The notes beneath the pieces are model-generated. The model had not been told where the DNA came from, did not search any database, and saw only the letters and a list, made by a program, of their open reading frames with translations. Positions 28,276 through 39,600 of a stretch of 64,000 nucleotides of DNA are shown piece by piece. Both the position numbers and the translations under genes were made by a program. Numbering within the stretch: position 1 is the first letter of the stretch; every line of letters begins with the position of its first letter. Source of the DNA: Syntrophobacterales bacterium (GTDB lineage Bacteria > Desulfobacterota > Syntrophobacteria > BM002); assembly GCA_050124835.1 (NCBI GenBank), contig JASFEM010000002.1, positions 794 through 64,793 of the forward strand, in the 5' to 3' direction.

Positions 28276-29586
28276 ATGATCCCACGCTACACCCGTCCAC
28301 AGATGGGCAGCATCTGGGAACAAGAAAACCGCTATCGCCAGTGGCTCAAAGTAGAACTGGCTGTAGTGGAAGCCATGGCCCAGATAGGACAGATACCTGC
28401 CCAAGCAGCCCAAGAGATCCTTGACAAGGCAGATTTTGATGTTGACCGCATCGACGAAATCGAGCGTGAGACACATCACGATGTCATTGCCTTTCTCACT
28501 TGTGTGTCCGAGCACGTTGGTGAGTCTGCCCGTTATATTCATCTCGGCTTGACTTCCTCGGACATTCTGGACACCAGTCTCGCCCTTCTACTGAAACAAG
28601 CCGCGGACGTCCTTTTGGATGACCTCAGCGGACTTCTCCAAGTTCTCAAACGACGCGCTCAAGAACACCGTGATACAGTGATGATGGGTCGCTCCCACGG
28701 CATCCATGCCGAACCGATAACCTTCGGCCTAAAACTGGCACTCTGGTATGCGGAGATGGCCCGTAATGAAGACCGCCTCCGGAGGGCCCGGGAGACCATT
28801 AGTGTTGGCAAGATTTCAGGATCGGTGGGAACTTATGCCAATGTGGATCCCAGAGTAGAACAACTCACCTGCGCCCAATTGGGCTTGAAACCGGCGCCGA
28901 TCTCAACGCAAATCATCCAGCGCGATCGTCACGCTGAGTATTTCTCCACTTTAGCTATAATTGCCAGCAGTATCGAAAAGATTGCGACAGAAATCCGCCA
29001 TCTGCAGCGCACCGAGGTCCTCGAGGTGGAAGAATACTTCGCCGAGGGCCAAAAAGGTTCTTCCTCCATGCCCCACAAACGCAATCCCATCGGCAGCGAA
29101 AACCTGTCCGGTCTGGCCAGATTGGTGCGGGCCAATGCAGTGGCTGCTATGGAGAACATTGCGCTCTGGCACGAGCGTGACATCAGCCACTCCTCGGTTG
29201 AGCGGATCATTGCGCCAGATAGCACCATATTGCTTGACTTTATGCTTCATCGGCTGACCAACATGTTGGACAGGCTGGTGGTCTACAGCGACAGGATGAA
29301 GGCTAATTTGGACAGCAGTGGTGGCTTGTTCTTTTCTCAGCGTGTCCTGCTGGCGTTAACAGAGAGTGGGCTGGAGCGGGATAATGCTTACCGTTTGATC
29401 CAACGAAATGCCATGGCTGTGTGGAATGACGGGGGCACTTTCAAGGATCGCCTTCGAGCAGATCCTGAGGTCATGGCGCATCTCTCCGAAAATGATCTGG
29501 AGAACCTTTTTGACATGGGCTACTACTTAAAACATGTTAATACCATCTTCTCCCAGGTCTTTGATGAGGGTAAACCGGCAAGTTGA
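28276..29586 (+). CDS. purB: Adenylosuccinate lyase
   Basis: MIPRYTRPQMGSIWEQENRYRQWL... and the fumarate-lyase signature region. Confidence 0.95.
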   Translation: MIPRYTRPQMGSIWEQENRYRQWLKVELAVVEAMAQIGQIPAQAAQEILDKADFDVDRIDEIERETHHDVIAFLTCVSEHVGESARYIHLGLTSSDILDTSLALLLKQAADVLLDDLSGLLQVLKRRAQEHRDTVMMGRSHGIHAEPITFGLKLALWYAEMARNEDRLRRARETISVGKISGSVGTYANVDPRVEQLTCAQLGLKPAPISTQIIQRDRHAEYFSTLAIIASSIEKIATEIRHLQRTEVLEVEEYFAEGQKGSSSMPHKRNPIGSENLSGLARLVRANAVAAMENIALWHERDISHSSVERIIAPDSTILLDFMLHRLTNMLDRLVVYSDRMKANLDSSGGLFFSQRVLLALTESGLERDNAYRLIQRNAMAVWNDGGTFKDRLRADPEVMAHLSENDLENLFDMGYYLKHVNTIFSQVFDEGKPAS

Positions 29587-29729
29587 CAGCAGGATCCCTT
29601 AACCGAATATCACTGGTTTGCCCGAAAATTGCATACAGAGTAAGAACATACTGGTGGACTTAGGCGGTGGAGTTTTACGGTAATCCTGGATCTCAAAATT
29701 ACGAATTTCAAAACTGGTTGTGATTTAAT

Positions 29730-31049
29730 ATGCGAGACCCGATTTTAGCGAGAGTTGAAAAGCTCATCTTGATAACAATGGCGCTGCTGCTCATTGGCAG
29801 CCCTTTAAGCGCCACTGCGTCAAAATTACCAGCCAATCTGCTCACGTCTCCCGAGGCAAGTCCACACTACGTAATTTTGGTGGAGAAGGCTTCCCAGCGA
29901 CTCTTTGTTTATCAATTTGATGGGGACTATTGGCTTGCTGCCACCTATCCGTGCGCCACAGGTGAGAATCCAGGTGACAAACAGATCAGCGGCGATAGAA
30001 AAACTCCTGAAGGCATATACTTTTTCACCAAGGCTGTAGGCGAGAAATATCTCAGCACTACTTATGGTTCCCGGGCTTTCCCGATGAACTACCCGAATCT
30101 CATGGACCGGAGAAGACAAAAAGAGGGTAATGGCATTTGGGTGCATGGTACCAACGAAGAACTCGAGCAGCGCAGTTCCAACGGTTGCATCGTCCTAGCC
30201 AATGGAGATGTTGTTCAACTCGATGCATACATCAGCCTCTGGGACACGCCCATAATCATAGAAGAGAGACTAATGTATGACGAGCGCGAAAACTTACGTC
30301 GCGAGAGCGGTCTGCTTCTTGAACGCATCGAAGACTGGAGCCGGGCCTGGTCCGAGAAGGATCTGGATCGCTATCTTTCATACTATGCCGGGGACTTTCG
30401 TTGGAAAAATCTGGATCTTCAGGGATGGCGGCAAAGGAAGGCCTGGTTAAACCAACGCTACAAGAAGATATCTGTTCAATTAAATGACATCCGGGTCTTT
30501 CGTCAGGGAGGACTGGTGCTGGCAACAGCAGCGGAAACCTACCGTTCAGATAAATTTGCCTCCAGTGGCTTCAAACATCTCTACCTGGTACAGAATTCAA
30601 AAGAGTGGCGCATTCTTGGAGAGGAATGGCGCAAATCGGGTCGCCCGGCACCACCGCTCCTACAAGTGGCCACCAAACCGCCAACAGAAGAAAAAGAATC
30701 TGAGGAGTCTGTGCGACGTTTTGTCGAAAAATGGCGGCTTGCCTGGAAAGAAGGCGACCTGTCTTCATATATGGCTTGTTATCATCCCAGATTTAACAAC
30801 CGGGGCATGGATCTAAACGGTTGGAGGCGCTATAAGAAGTGGCTCTTTAAGCGTTCCCCTGAACGGAATATTCAGTTGACTGACATTACCGCGGAGCTGA
30901 ATGGCGCAGACGCGGTCGTTGTCTCCAAACAAGAATATAAGTCGGAAACACACCAAGACTTCGGCCTGAAAACCCTCCATCTTCGTTGGCATCGCGACCA
31001 CTGGACCATCTTCAGAGAATCCTGGCAGCCATTGGCGGGGCAAGAATAG
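29730..31049 (+). CDS. L,D-transpeptidase (YkuD domain) followed by two NTF2/SnoaL-like repeats
   Basis: Signal peptide; catalytic HGTNEE...SNGCIVL; duplicated WSRAWSEKDLDRYLSYY / WRLAWKEGDLSSYMACY modules. Confidence 0.8.
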   Translation: MRDPILARVEKLILITMALLLIGSPLSATASKLPANLLTSPEASPHYVILVEKASQRLFVYQFDGDYWLAATYPCATGENPGDKQISGDRKTPEGIYFFTKAVGEKYLSTTYGSRAFPMNYPNLMDRRRQKEGNGIWVHGTNEELEQRSSNGCIVLANGDVVQLDAYISLWDTPIIIEERLMYDERENLRRESGLLLERIEDWSRAWSEKDLDRYLSYYAGDFRWKNLDLQGWRQRKAWLNQRYKKISVQLNDIRVFRQGGLVLATAAETYRSDKFASSGFKHLYLVQNSKEWRILGEEWRKSGRPAPPLLQVATKPPTEEKESEESVRRFVEKWRLAWKEGDLSSYMACYHPRFNNRGMDLNGWRRYKKWLFKRSPERNIQLTDITAELNGADAVVVSKQEYKSETHQDFGLKTLHLRWHRDHWTIFRESWQPLAGQE

Positions 31050-31074
31050 ATCCCCAGTAGCTTTTAAGCACAGG

Positions 31075-31140
31075 ATACATTTCTGATTTCGCATTTCTCA
31101 TTGAGTATTTCTCATCACATACTGAGGAATAAGCGTCATA
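31075..31140. repeat. Heptamer-family repeat (CATTTCT units)
   Basis: catttct gatttcg catttct cattgag tatttct catcaca. Confidence 0.6.
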
Positions 31141-31183
31141 AACCCATGACAAACGAAAAATGTGAAATGACCCATAATGAGGA

Positions 31184-31912
31184 ATGGTTGTGATTCTAGA
31201 ACAGATCACCATGGATGATTTTACTGCGGGTCTAGATAAGACCAGGACCGTGATCATCCCCTTTGGCTCGGTGGAAGAACACGGACCTCACCTGCCTCTA
31301 GGTACAGACACAATCCACGTCTACGAGCTTTGCAAGGAAGTATCGAACCTTATCCCGGTATTTGTCGCGCCACCCATCTCTTATGGTGTATGCCGCAGCA
31401 CTCGAAATCATCCCGGTACCGTTGGCATTAGCCCAGCCTCACTTCGGGCACTGACCGCTGATCTAGTTTCTGATCTTTACCGTCAGGGGCTCAGACATTT
31501 TCTCATCATTTCCGGACATGCCAGCGGTTTACAGCTGTCCTGTCTTACTGAGGTTGGTGAGGAACTCCTCCTGAAGTATACTGACATTCGGGTGGCGGTT
31601 CTCTCCATTTTGGATTTGGCCATGGATGGTTGGCAGGATGTGATTGTCACTAGAGACGACTCCCACGCCGGGGAGGTTGAGACCTCGGTGATGCTCCACT
31701 TGCGGCCGCAGTGGGTTGGCGAGGCCCGCCCGCAGGAGCGGCCTCAGTTTCCCAAGCACCTTTTGGTTCGAGACAAATTGCGCTATTGGCCGGGAGGGGT
31801 TTGGGGAGATGCAAGCCAGGCTTCCAAAGAAAAAGGAGTTAAGCTGTTTGACCTCTCAGTGAACGCACTCGTCCACCTCATCCAGGACCTTGACGGTGAC
31901 AGCGATCGATAA
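31184..31912 (+). CDS. Creatininase-family amidohydrolase
   Basis: IPFGSVEEHGPHLPLGTD metal-binding motif typical of the creatinine amidohydrolase fold. Confidence 0.8.
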   Translation: MVVILEQITMDDFTAGLDKTRTVIIPFGSVEEHGPHLPLGTDTIHVYELCKEVSNLIPVFVAPPISYGVCRSTRNHPGTVGISPASLRALTADLVSDLYRQGLRHFLIISGHASGLQLSCLTEVGEELLLKYTDIRVAVLSILDLAMDGWQDVIVTRDDSHAGEVETSVMLHLRPQWVGEARPQERPQFPKHLLVRDKLRYWPGGVWGDASQASKEKGVKLFDLSVNALVHLIQDLDGDSDR

Positions 31913-33990
31913 TGGACCTTGGGCAACATCGCAACCAACCGGAGCTGCTGGCTCCGGCCGGAAACATAGAGAGCTTCTTCGCTGCTCTAGATAATGGCGC
32001 TGACGCCGTTTATGTGGGCTATCGCCATCACAATGCCAGGGCCCTGGCCGCCAACTTTACCCTGGAAGAAATCGCCCGACTGAACGAATACGCCCACCAA
32101 CAAAACGCCAGGCTCTATGTGGCCTTAAATGCCTTGGCTCGTGAAGAAGAACTAGAAGAACTGGTCAGTATTCTCGCCGGTCTTGCCCAGATCGAGCCAG
32201 ATGGCTTGATCATCCAGGATGGTGCTGTTGCCCGTCTTTGCCTGGGTCACTTTCCGAACTTAAACCTCCACGCCAGCACCCTAATGACCGTACACAACTG
32301 CGCAGGCGTCGAACAATTGGCAACCATGGGCTTCCAACGGGCCGTACTGGCACGAGAACTCTCCCTCGACGAAGTTTCCCATATCGCTGCCAACACCCAC
32401 TTACAACTTGAGACCTTCGTTCATGGCGCTTTGTGCTTATCCTATTCAGGACTGTGTCTAGCCAGTTCCTACTTTGGCGGTCGCAGTAGCTTGCGGGGTA
32501 GATGTGCACAGCCCTGCAGACGTCTGTATCGTTCGGGTCGCCAACAGGGCTACTTCCTTTCCACCAACGATCTTTCTGCCATCGATCTCATCCCCAAATT
32601 AAGAAAACTTGGTCTTGCGGCACTCAAAATCGAGGGCAGGATGAAGCCGGCGTCCTATGTCGCAGCTGCGGTCCGCGCCTACCGCAATGTATTGGACGCC
32701 CCAGAGGGCAAAGAGAAAGAAGCTATTTCCGCTGGTCGCCAAATTCTCAGGGAGGCGTATGGGCGCAAACCCACCCTCGGGTTCTATGTTACCGATCAAC
32801 ACAAGGAAATCATTACACCGCATCGCAGCGGTGCCAGCGGTCGTCTGGCCGGGAATGTCGAGTGGGTGCGGGGAAAACGCATGGCGCTGCGATTGCGGCT
32901 GCCACTAAATGACGGTGACCGCCTTCGTCTCGACTCGAATGAAGCGGTAGAAAAAAGCGGTTTCACCATCAGAAATATGATTTCCAACGGTCGCAGTGTT
33001 AAAAAAGCCTCGGCCGGAAATCTGGTCACTGTCGGCCGCATTGCCCAGGCACGCCGAGGTGATCGTATTTTTAAAACGGGCTCTAAAGGAGAGGCAAGAA
33101 CTTCAGCGGCCAAATGTCTCAAGGTTCTACGACAGAAAACTTCCACACCTCCAAAGCTTGGCTCATCTCCAGGTTTGACCGAGAGAATTCTAAGCAAGTC
33201 CAGGGCGACAAAAGCTGACAAACAGCCAAATGATTTCTACCTCCGGCTGTCCGACTTGAAACTCCTTAACGCTGCTTTAGATAGCGGTGCCCGCTGGGTC
33301 ATCATTCAGGCATCCCGGGCCAACTTACACAACATGAGACGGCGTAAGTTGCCACCAGTCAAAAGAAACCGGCTTTTCTGGGCCCTTCCGGCAATTATCC
33401 CTGACAGCGAATTGTCTTTTTATCAGGATGAAGTCCACCGGCTCCAACAAATAGGAAACAGCCGCTGGCTGGTGGCCAACTGGGCTCACTTCCGGATTTT
33501 TAGTGAGCCACCTGAAATGCTAATGGCCGATTACACCTTCAATGTTCTTAACTCACAAGCTTCGTCCCTGCTCAAAGACTTGGGCTGCCAGCTACTCATT
33601 CTTTCCCTCGAAAGCGACCGGCAGAATCTGCAAAAGCTGGTGCCAGCAATTCGCGGCATCACTCCTCTGGTGACAGTACATGGTTGGCCGCCGCTTTTCA
33701 TGAGCCGTCTTAAGCTAAGGGTTCGGGTGGACTCAACCCTGCACGGGCCAACTAGAGAAAGATTCCAGTATCGACGGCATGGCGGCCTGACAGAGATTCA
33801 TTCTGATCGCCCCCTCTGCCTTCTTGAGCATCTCAACGATCTTGCTAAAGTTGGTGTGAAGGGTTTCGTCGTGGACCTGCGAGGCCAAAAGCTGCGTCCC
33901 AATGAACTCCACGCTATTATGAAAACCGTGCAGCGCCAGAGTTGTCCCCAGCCGCATAGCACGTTTAACTATCTTGGCAAGTTGGTCTGA
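31912..33990 (+). CDS. Peptidase-U32-family protein (long form with C-terminal extension)
   Basis: U32 core with the Cys cluster CLSYSGLCLASSYFGGRSSLRGRCAQPCRR. Its start overlaps the creatininase stop (TAATG). Confidence 0.85.
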   Translation: MDLGQHRNQPELLAPAGNIESFFAALDNGADAVYVGYRHHNARALAANFTLEEIARLNEYAHQQNARLYVALNALAREEELEELVSILAGLAQIEPDGLIIQDGAVARLCLGHFPNLNLHASTLMTVHNCAGVEQLATMGFQRAVLARELSLDEVSHIAANTHLQLETFVHGALCLSYSGLCLASSYFGGRSSLRGRCAQPCRRLYRSGRQQGYFLSTNDLSAIDLIPKLRKLGLAALKIEGRMKPASYVAAAVRAYRNVLDAPEGKEKEAISAGRQILREAYGRKPTLGFYVTDQHKEIITPHRSGASGRLAGNVEWVRGKRMALRLRLPLNDGDRLRLDSNEAVEKSGFTIRNMISNGRSVKKASAGNLVTVGRIAQARRGDRIFKTGSKGEARTSAAKCLKVLRQKTSTPPKLGSSPGLTERILSKSRATKADKQPNDFYLRLSDLKLLNAALDSGARWVIIQASRANLHNMRRRKLPPVKRNRLFWALPAIIPDSELSFYQDEVHRLQQIGNSRWLVANWAHFRIFSEPPEMLMADYTFNVLNSQASSLLKDLGCQLLILSLESDRQNLQKLVPAIRGITPLVTVHGWPPLFMSRLKLRVRVDSTLHGPTRERFQYRRHGGLTEIHSDRPLCLLEHLNDLAKVGVKGFVVDLRGQKLRPNELHAIMKTVQRQSCPQPHSTFNYLGKLV

Positions 33991-34089
33991 GAGGAAAAAC
34001 TAGGCACCAATTACTATTCCTTAAAAATAGTGTTTTGGTCATTTGAAACTGGGGACCCGCCCGAAGGGTGGGGAGTCCGTAGGACCAAT

Positions 34090-34150
34090 TTTGAAATTCG
34101 GATTTGTTTCGGATTTCGGATTTCGGATTTCTGATTTAGGATTTTATAGC
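34090..34150. repeat. Heptamer-family repeat (GGATTTC units)
   Basis: gaaattc ggatttg tttc ggatttc ggatttc ggatttc tgattta ggatttt. Confidence 0.8.
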
Positions 34151-34160
34151 ATCGTGATGA

Positions 34161-34937
34161 ATGAGAGAGGTGGAGATGTCTGTTGACAAGAGATCTGAAT
34201 GCTTTGCTCTAATGGCTGCTCTTCCCAGTGAAGGAAATCTTCTTCTCTCTGACCTACGGGTTACTCAAACCACTATCTATGGTGATCTGGAAATAATTCG
34301 GGGGACGCTCCATGATAAGGAGGTGCTCGTTGTCTTTAGCGGTCTGGGAAAAATCAACGCTGCTGCCGGGGCAGCCACTGTTTTGGCGCAATTTTCCGTA
34401 TCCAGCTTCTGGATATGGGGGTCTGCTGGAGCATATCTTCATTCAGGGCTGAGACTCAGCGATGTCGCTCTTGCCAGTGAGGAAATCCTGGGAGACGAGG
34501 GAGTCTTGACTTCAAGCAGTTGGAAGCCTTTGGATGCCATCGGCATTCCCCTGGCAAAGAATAAGGACCACCCGGTTTTCAACCGCATACCGGTTGATAA
34601 ATTTCAGTTGAAGCGAGCACGGCTGTTGCTCAATGACTGGCGGGCGGCTTCTTCTGGACCCCGAGTGCACGTGGGTCCGTTCGTCACCGTTTCCGGGGTG
34701 AGTGGTAGTCCTGCTCGAGCTCGCCTCTTGGGTGACCGTTTCGGGGCCCTGTGCGAAAATATGGAAGGCGGGGCAGCCGCGCTGGTGTGTTTGCGCTACC
34801 AAGTGCCCTTTCTGGAAATCCGCGGCTTGAGCAACTGGGCTGGCGATCGCAACAAAAAGAGATGGCACCTGGCAGAAGCCCTCGATAATTGTCAGCGAGC
34901 CGTGCTTCATTTGCTTGAATCATGGGACCAATTGTAA
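34161..34937 (+). CDS. mqnB: Futalosine hydrolase-like nucleosidase (PNP/MTA-nucleosidase fold)
   Basis: LGKINAAAGAATVL and ENMEGGAAALVC motifs of the MTAN/futalosine-hydrolase family. Confidence 0.6.
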   Translation: MREVEMSVDKRSECFALMAALPSEGNLLLSDLRVTQTTIYGDLEIIRGTLHDKEVLVVFSGLGKINAAAGAATVLAQFSVSSFWIWGSAGAYLHSGLRLSDVALASEEILGDEGVLTSSSWKPLDAIGIPLAKNKDHPVFNRIPVDKFQLKRARLLLNDWRAASSGPRVHVGPFVTVSGVSGSPARARLLGDRFGALCENMEGGAAALVCLRYQVPFLEIRGLSNWAGDRNKKRWHLAEALDNCQRAVLHLLESWDQL

Positions 34938-35278
34938 GTTTTCCGATTACACCCAATATTCCAACATTCCAAGGTGTTTTTCACCGCTAAAGCCACTGAT
35001 CTTTCACCGGACCCCATAATTCGATAAAATTCTGTATTTCGGCAAGATATATGCAATGACGCATATAAAAATCTACCCTAATATTTTATGTCAACTTTTC
35101 GGGAGTTGATGCTGCAAATATAGGGGCTTAATGTAGACTTTTTCACTGTTCTGATATAGATTTACAAAATCGATCGTATGAAGTTTTCGCTGTTTTGTGA
35201 AGAAGTTATACGATCCAATGGAGAGTAAGCAAGGGTCAAGAGCACACCTGACCCCATTTATGTAAACCTGGTCTGAAG

Positions 35279-36562
35279 TTGACACTCATGGAAAAGCCCA
35301 TAAACGAAACACAAAACGAGCAAGTTGATTCTAGAGCTAAGACACTAACATCTCTCAAGGGGAGGCGCTTCCTTAACCTTATTCTCTCGCTCGTGGTTAT
35401 TGCCGCTGGCCTCATCGGTGCGACCTATATTACCCGGCAAGCCCCCAAGGCCCAGAAGCGGGCGCCAGCGAGGATAATACCCGTGGTCGAAGTACAGGTC
35501 GTTCACCCGGGGGATCACCGCGTAACGGTTCCGGCTATGGGCACGGTAGTTCCAGCCCGACAGGTCGTGCTCAGATCTCAGGTGTCGGGAAAAGTAGTGT
35601 CAATACATCCCGAGTTCATCGAAGGTGGCTACATAACAGAAGGCCTCAAGGTCTTGCAAATCGACCCGATGGATTATCAATTGGCCGTCACATTGGCGGA
35701 AGCCAAGGTTAAAGACGCAGAAAGCGCTCTTGAGCTCGCCGAAGAAGAGGCCGCGGCAGCGAAAGAAGAGTGGCGTCTACTCTATGACGATGATTCAACT
35801 GCAAACGACAAACCGCCGCCGCTGGTTGCCAAAGAACCGCAATTGACTGCAGCGCAAGCGAGATTGAAGGCGGATAAGGCAGAACTAAGTCAGGCGGAGC
35901 TGGACCTCAAACGGACCTCCATCCTGGCTCCCTTTAATGCCATAGTCCGCACCAAGAGTGCCGAGATCGGATCTTTGGTTACGCCGCAGGACCCTCTGGC
36001 TGAACTGTTGGGAGTGGATGAATACTGGCTGCAGATTTCAGTGCCAGTGGACTACCTGAGATGGATCACTCTTTCCAGCGGCAAAAGGAGGAACGGCTCA
36101 AAGGTGAAGGTGATTCATCGAAGTGGTTACCAGCGAACCGCGGAAGTCATAAAGCTTCTCGGGGACCTGGAGACCGAGGGGCGCATGGCACGCATTCTGG
36201 CCGCCGTCAAAGATCCGTTGGGATTGAAAGACACCGATAAAACGACTCGACCTTTGCTCATCGGCGAGTACGTTCGTGTTGAAATCGAAGGCCCACCGCT
36301 GACGCAAGTGTTTCGTATCCCACGGGTCGCCCTCAGAGACAATAATACCATCTGGGTCGTGGGAGACGACTCAACCCTTGATATCCGATCGGTGAAAACC
36401 ATCTGGCGGGATAATCAAGCGGTCTTTCTCAAGGAGGGCTTGAGCCCGGGAGATCAATTAGTCCTATCAGATCTAGCCGCTCCGGTGGCCGGCATGAAGA
36501 TTCAAGTGCAAGGCGCGGACACAATGAAACCCGCCCGGGCAACTGAGGCGGGGAGTGGCTGA
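35279..36562 (+). CDS. RND efflux periplasmic adaptor (membrane fusion protein)
   Basis: N-terminal TM anchor, coiled-coil hairpin, beta-barrel and MP domains (HlyD-like). Confidence 0.85.
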   Translation: MTLMEKPINETQNEQVDSRAKTLTSLKGRRFLNLILSLVVIAAGLIGATYITRQAPKAQKRAPARIIPVVEVQVVHPGDHRVTVPAMGTVVPARQVVLRSQVSGKVVSIHPEFIEGGYITEGLKVLQIDPMDYQLAVTLAEAKVKDAESALELAEEEAAAAKEEWRLLYDDDSTANDKPPPLVAKEPQLTAAQARLKADKAELSQAELDLKRTSILAPFNAIVRTKSAEIGSLVTPQDPLAELLGVDEYWLQISVPVDYLRWITLSSGKRRNGSKVKVIHRSGYQRTAEVIKLLGDLETEGRMARILAAVKDPLGLKDTDKTTRPLLIGEYVRVEIEGPPLTQVFRIPRVALRDNNTIWVVGDDSTLDIRSVKTIWRDNQAVFLKEGLSPGDQLVLSDLAAPVAGMKIQVQGADTMKPARATEAGSG

Positions 36563-36630
36563 GGACGAATCACCTTTAGCTGCTGTATATATGCGCCGGG
36601 GTACAATTCGCCCTCATAAAAAAACAGACC

Positions 36631-39600
36631 ATGAAAACAGCTGAGACAGAAGAACGATTGCGTGGTTCCATCGCCTGGATGGCCGGGCACTCGGTCACTG
36701 CCAACTTACTGATGGTGGTGCTCCTGGTGGGTGGGATCATCTTTAGCCTTAAGATTAAGAAAGAAGTTTTTCCCGATTTCGAGCTCGACAGGGTAAACAT
36801 TACCGTCCCCTATCCCGGAGCAAGTCCTGAGGAGATAGAGAAGGGTATTCTGCTTGCAATCGAAGAATCCACCGTCGACCTAGAAGGGGTCAAGAAAGTC
36901 ATCGCATCGGCTGAAGAGGGTTTCGCTCGAGTGACCGTGGAAATCCATGAAGGAGAGGATGTTCAAGCGATCGCTCAGGAGATTAAGAATGAGGTGGACC
37001 GGATAACTTCGTTTCCGGAAGAGGCGGAAGAGCCTCAGGTAGTGATCGCTAAACGTAAACGCTTTGTGGTTTCTCTCGCCCTTTACGGAAATCAAACTGA
37101 GCGGGTGCTCCGGGAGTTGGCCGAAGTTGTACGGGATAGCCTCCTGCAAGATCCAGAAATCACCCAGGTGGAACTGGTCGGCGTCCGCCCCCTGGAAATC
37201 AGCATCGAAATTCCACAGGACAACCTTCGCACCTACAACTTGACCCTCGGCGAGGTTGCGCAACGGATCAGGCAAGCATCCGTAGAACTTCCTGGGGGAG
37301 CCATAAAAAGCGAAAGCGGCGATATTCTGGTCCGCATCAAGGAGCGGCGGGACTATGGACGGGAGTTCGCTCACGTGCCAATTGTTACAACCCGTGAAGG
37401 GACCAGGGTCCTGCTGGAAGATATCGCAATCATTCGGGACGGGTTCGAAGAAACCGACAATTTCGCCACCTACAACGGCAAGCCAGCGGTATTGATTGAA
37501 GTCTACCGGGTAGGGGATCAAACCCCGACGTCCGTTTCCGAGGCGGTGAAACGGCAACTCGAGACCATTAACCGCCAGGTTCTGCCGAAGGGCGTTGCGA
37601 TTGAAAGCCGCTACGATCGATCCGAAATCTACCAACAGCGCATGGATTTGCTGCTGCGCAACGGCTTCCTGGGCCTGGGTCTGGTGTTCATTCTTCTGGC
37701 GATTTTTCTCGAGGCTCGGCTGGCCTTCTGGGTGAGCCTGGGCATCCCCATATCGTTTCTCGGCTCCATGTTGATACTGCCGGCCTTCGGGGTCAGCATC
37801 AACTTGGTGTCCATGTTTGCCTTTATAGTCACGCTAGGAATAGTGGTGGATGATGCCATCGTGGTGGGAGAGAACGTCTATCACCATCATCAGAGGGGGG
37901 TCCCCTGGTTTGAAGCGGCGGTGAGTGGCGCACGGGAAATCGCCATGCCCATCACCTTCAGCGTGCTCACCAACATGGTGGCGTTCATGCCGATACTCTT
38001 CGTTCCAGGTTTCATGGGCAAGGTCTTCAAACAGATACCGATTGTGGTGATCAGCGTGTTCGCCATCTCCCTTATTGAAAGTCTGTTCATCCTTCCAGCT
38101 CACATTGGCCATCATAAAGTACGCAACCGCACTGGGTTTTTCGGATGGCTTCATTCCTGTCAACAGCGCTTCAGCCACTTCTTCATCCGAATGGTCCATA
38201 CCCGCTACGGCCCCTTCCTCGATCTGGCCCTTCGGTATCGCTACGTGACCCTTTCCATCGGTTTTGCTGTGCTTTTTATTACTGCAGGATACGTCAAAAG
38301 CGGCAGAATGGGATTTGAACTCTTTCCCAAGGTGGAGTCCGATTACGCAAAGGTAACGGCAGTTCTTCCCTTCGGCACAGCATTTCAAAAAACCGAGAAG
38401 GTTCAGCAAAGATTGGTGACAGCTGCCCAGAAAGTCATATCCCAAAACGGTGGCGACAGATTGGCTGAGGGCATATTTGCCTTAATCGACGGCAATCGAA
38501 CAGAATTGCGTTTGTATCTGACCCCGCCGGGAGAGCGCCCGATTTCCACAGCGAAGTTGACGGAACTCTGGCGCACGGAGGTGGGAATCATTCCCGGGCT
38601 CGAATCAGTCAAGTTTGAATCCGACGCCGGAGGCCCTGGCAGGGGGGCAGCGCTTTCTGTGGAGCTGAGTCACCGAGATGTCCGTGTCCTTGAGAAAGCC
38701 AGCTCTGATCTGGCGGAGGCCCTGGCATTTTATCCGGAGGTAGAGGACATCGACGACGGCTTTTCTCCAGGAAAGCAACAACTCGATTTTCGCATCACCC
38801 CGGAAGGTCGAAGCCTCGGGCTCACATCTCAGGAAGTCGCTCGTCAGGTCCGTCATGCCTACTACGGCGCCGAAGCCCTCCGCCAGCAACGGGGGCGGAA
38901 CGAGATCAAGGTGATGGCTCGCCTGCCTCGAGCGGAACGGATTTCAGAGTACAACCTGGAAGAGATGATCCTTCGCACTCCTGTGGGATCCGAAATACCG
39001 TTGCGCGAAGCCGTGATTATTAGTCGTGGTAGGGCTTACACCACCATCGATCGCCGGGACGGTCGCCGTATCGTAACAGCGGCGGCCGACGTTCGTCCCA
39101 GGAGCAAAGCCGGCCTGATCCTCCAGTCACTGAAAGCGGAAATTCTTCCCGACCTCCAGAGGAAATACCCCGGCTTGACCTTCAGCTTTGAAGGACGGCA
39201 GGCAGATCGGCGTGAAAGCACGCAAAGCCTCATCAGGGGCCTGATGATGGCGCTGATTGTCATCTACGCCATGCTGGCCGTGCCCTTTAACAGCTATATT
39301 CAGCCGATCATCATCATGATTGCCATCCCTTTTGGGATCGTTGGAGCGGTGGTGGGCCACCTAATCATGGGATACAGCCTGAGTGTGATGAGCATGTTTG
39401 GCGTTGTCGCCCTTGCCGGGGTGGTTGTCAATGACTCCCTGGTGCTGATCGATTTTGCCAACAGGAAGCAGCGGGCCGGTCTGGCAAAACATCAAGCAAT
39501 TCGTGAGGCAGGAATTCACCGATTTCGACCGATTCTGTTGACCAGCCTCACCACCTTTGGAGGGCTCGCTCCGATGATTTTCGAAACCTCCCGCCAGGCA

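Noticed and set aside
34051-34078. GC-rich imperfect hairpin ggggacccgcccgaagggtgggg after the U32 gene, as a terminator
   Set aside because: The stem requires wobble pairs or mismatches and there is no clear U-tract; too weak to annotate.
36880-38445. 251-aa and 203-aa minus-strand ORFs inside the RND permease gene
   Set aside because: Antisense to an unambiguous AcrB-family CDS; no motifs.
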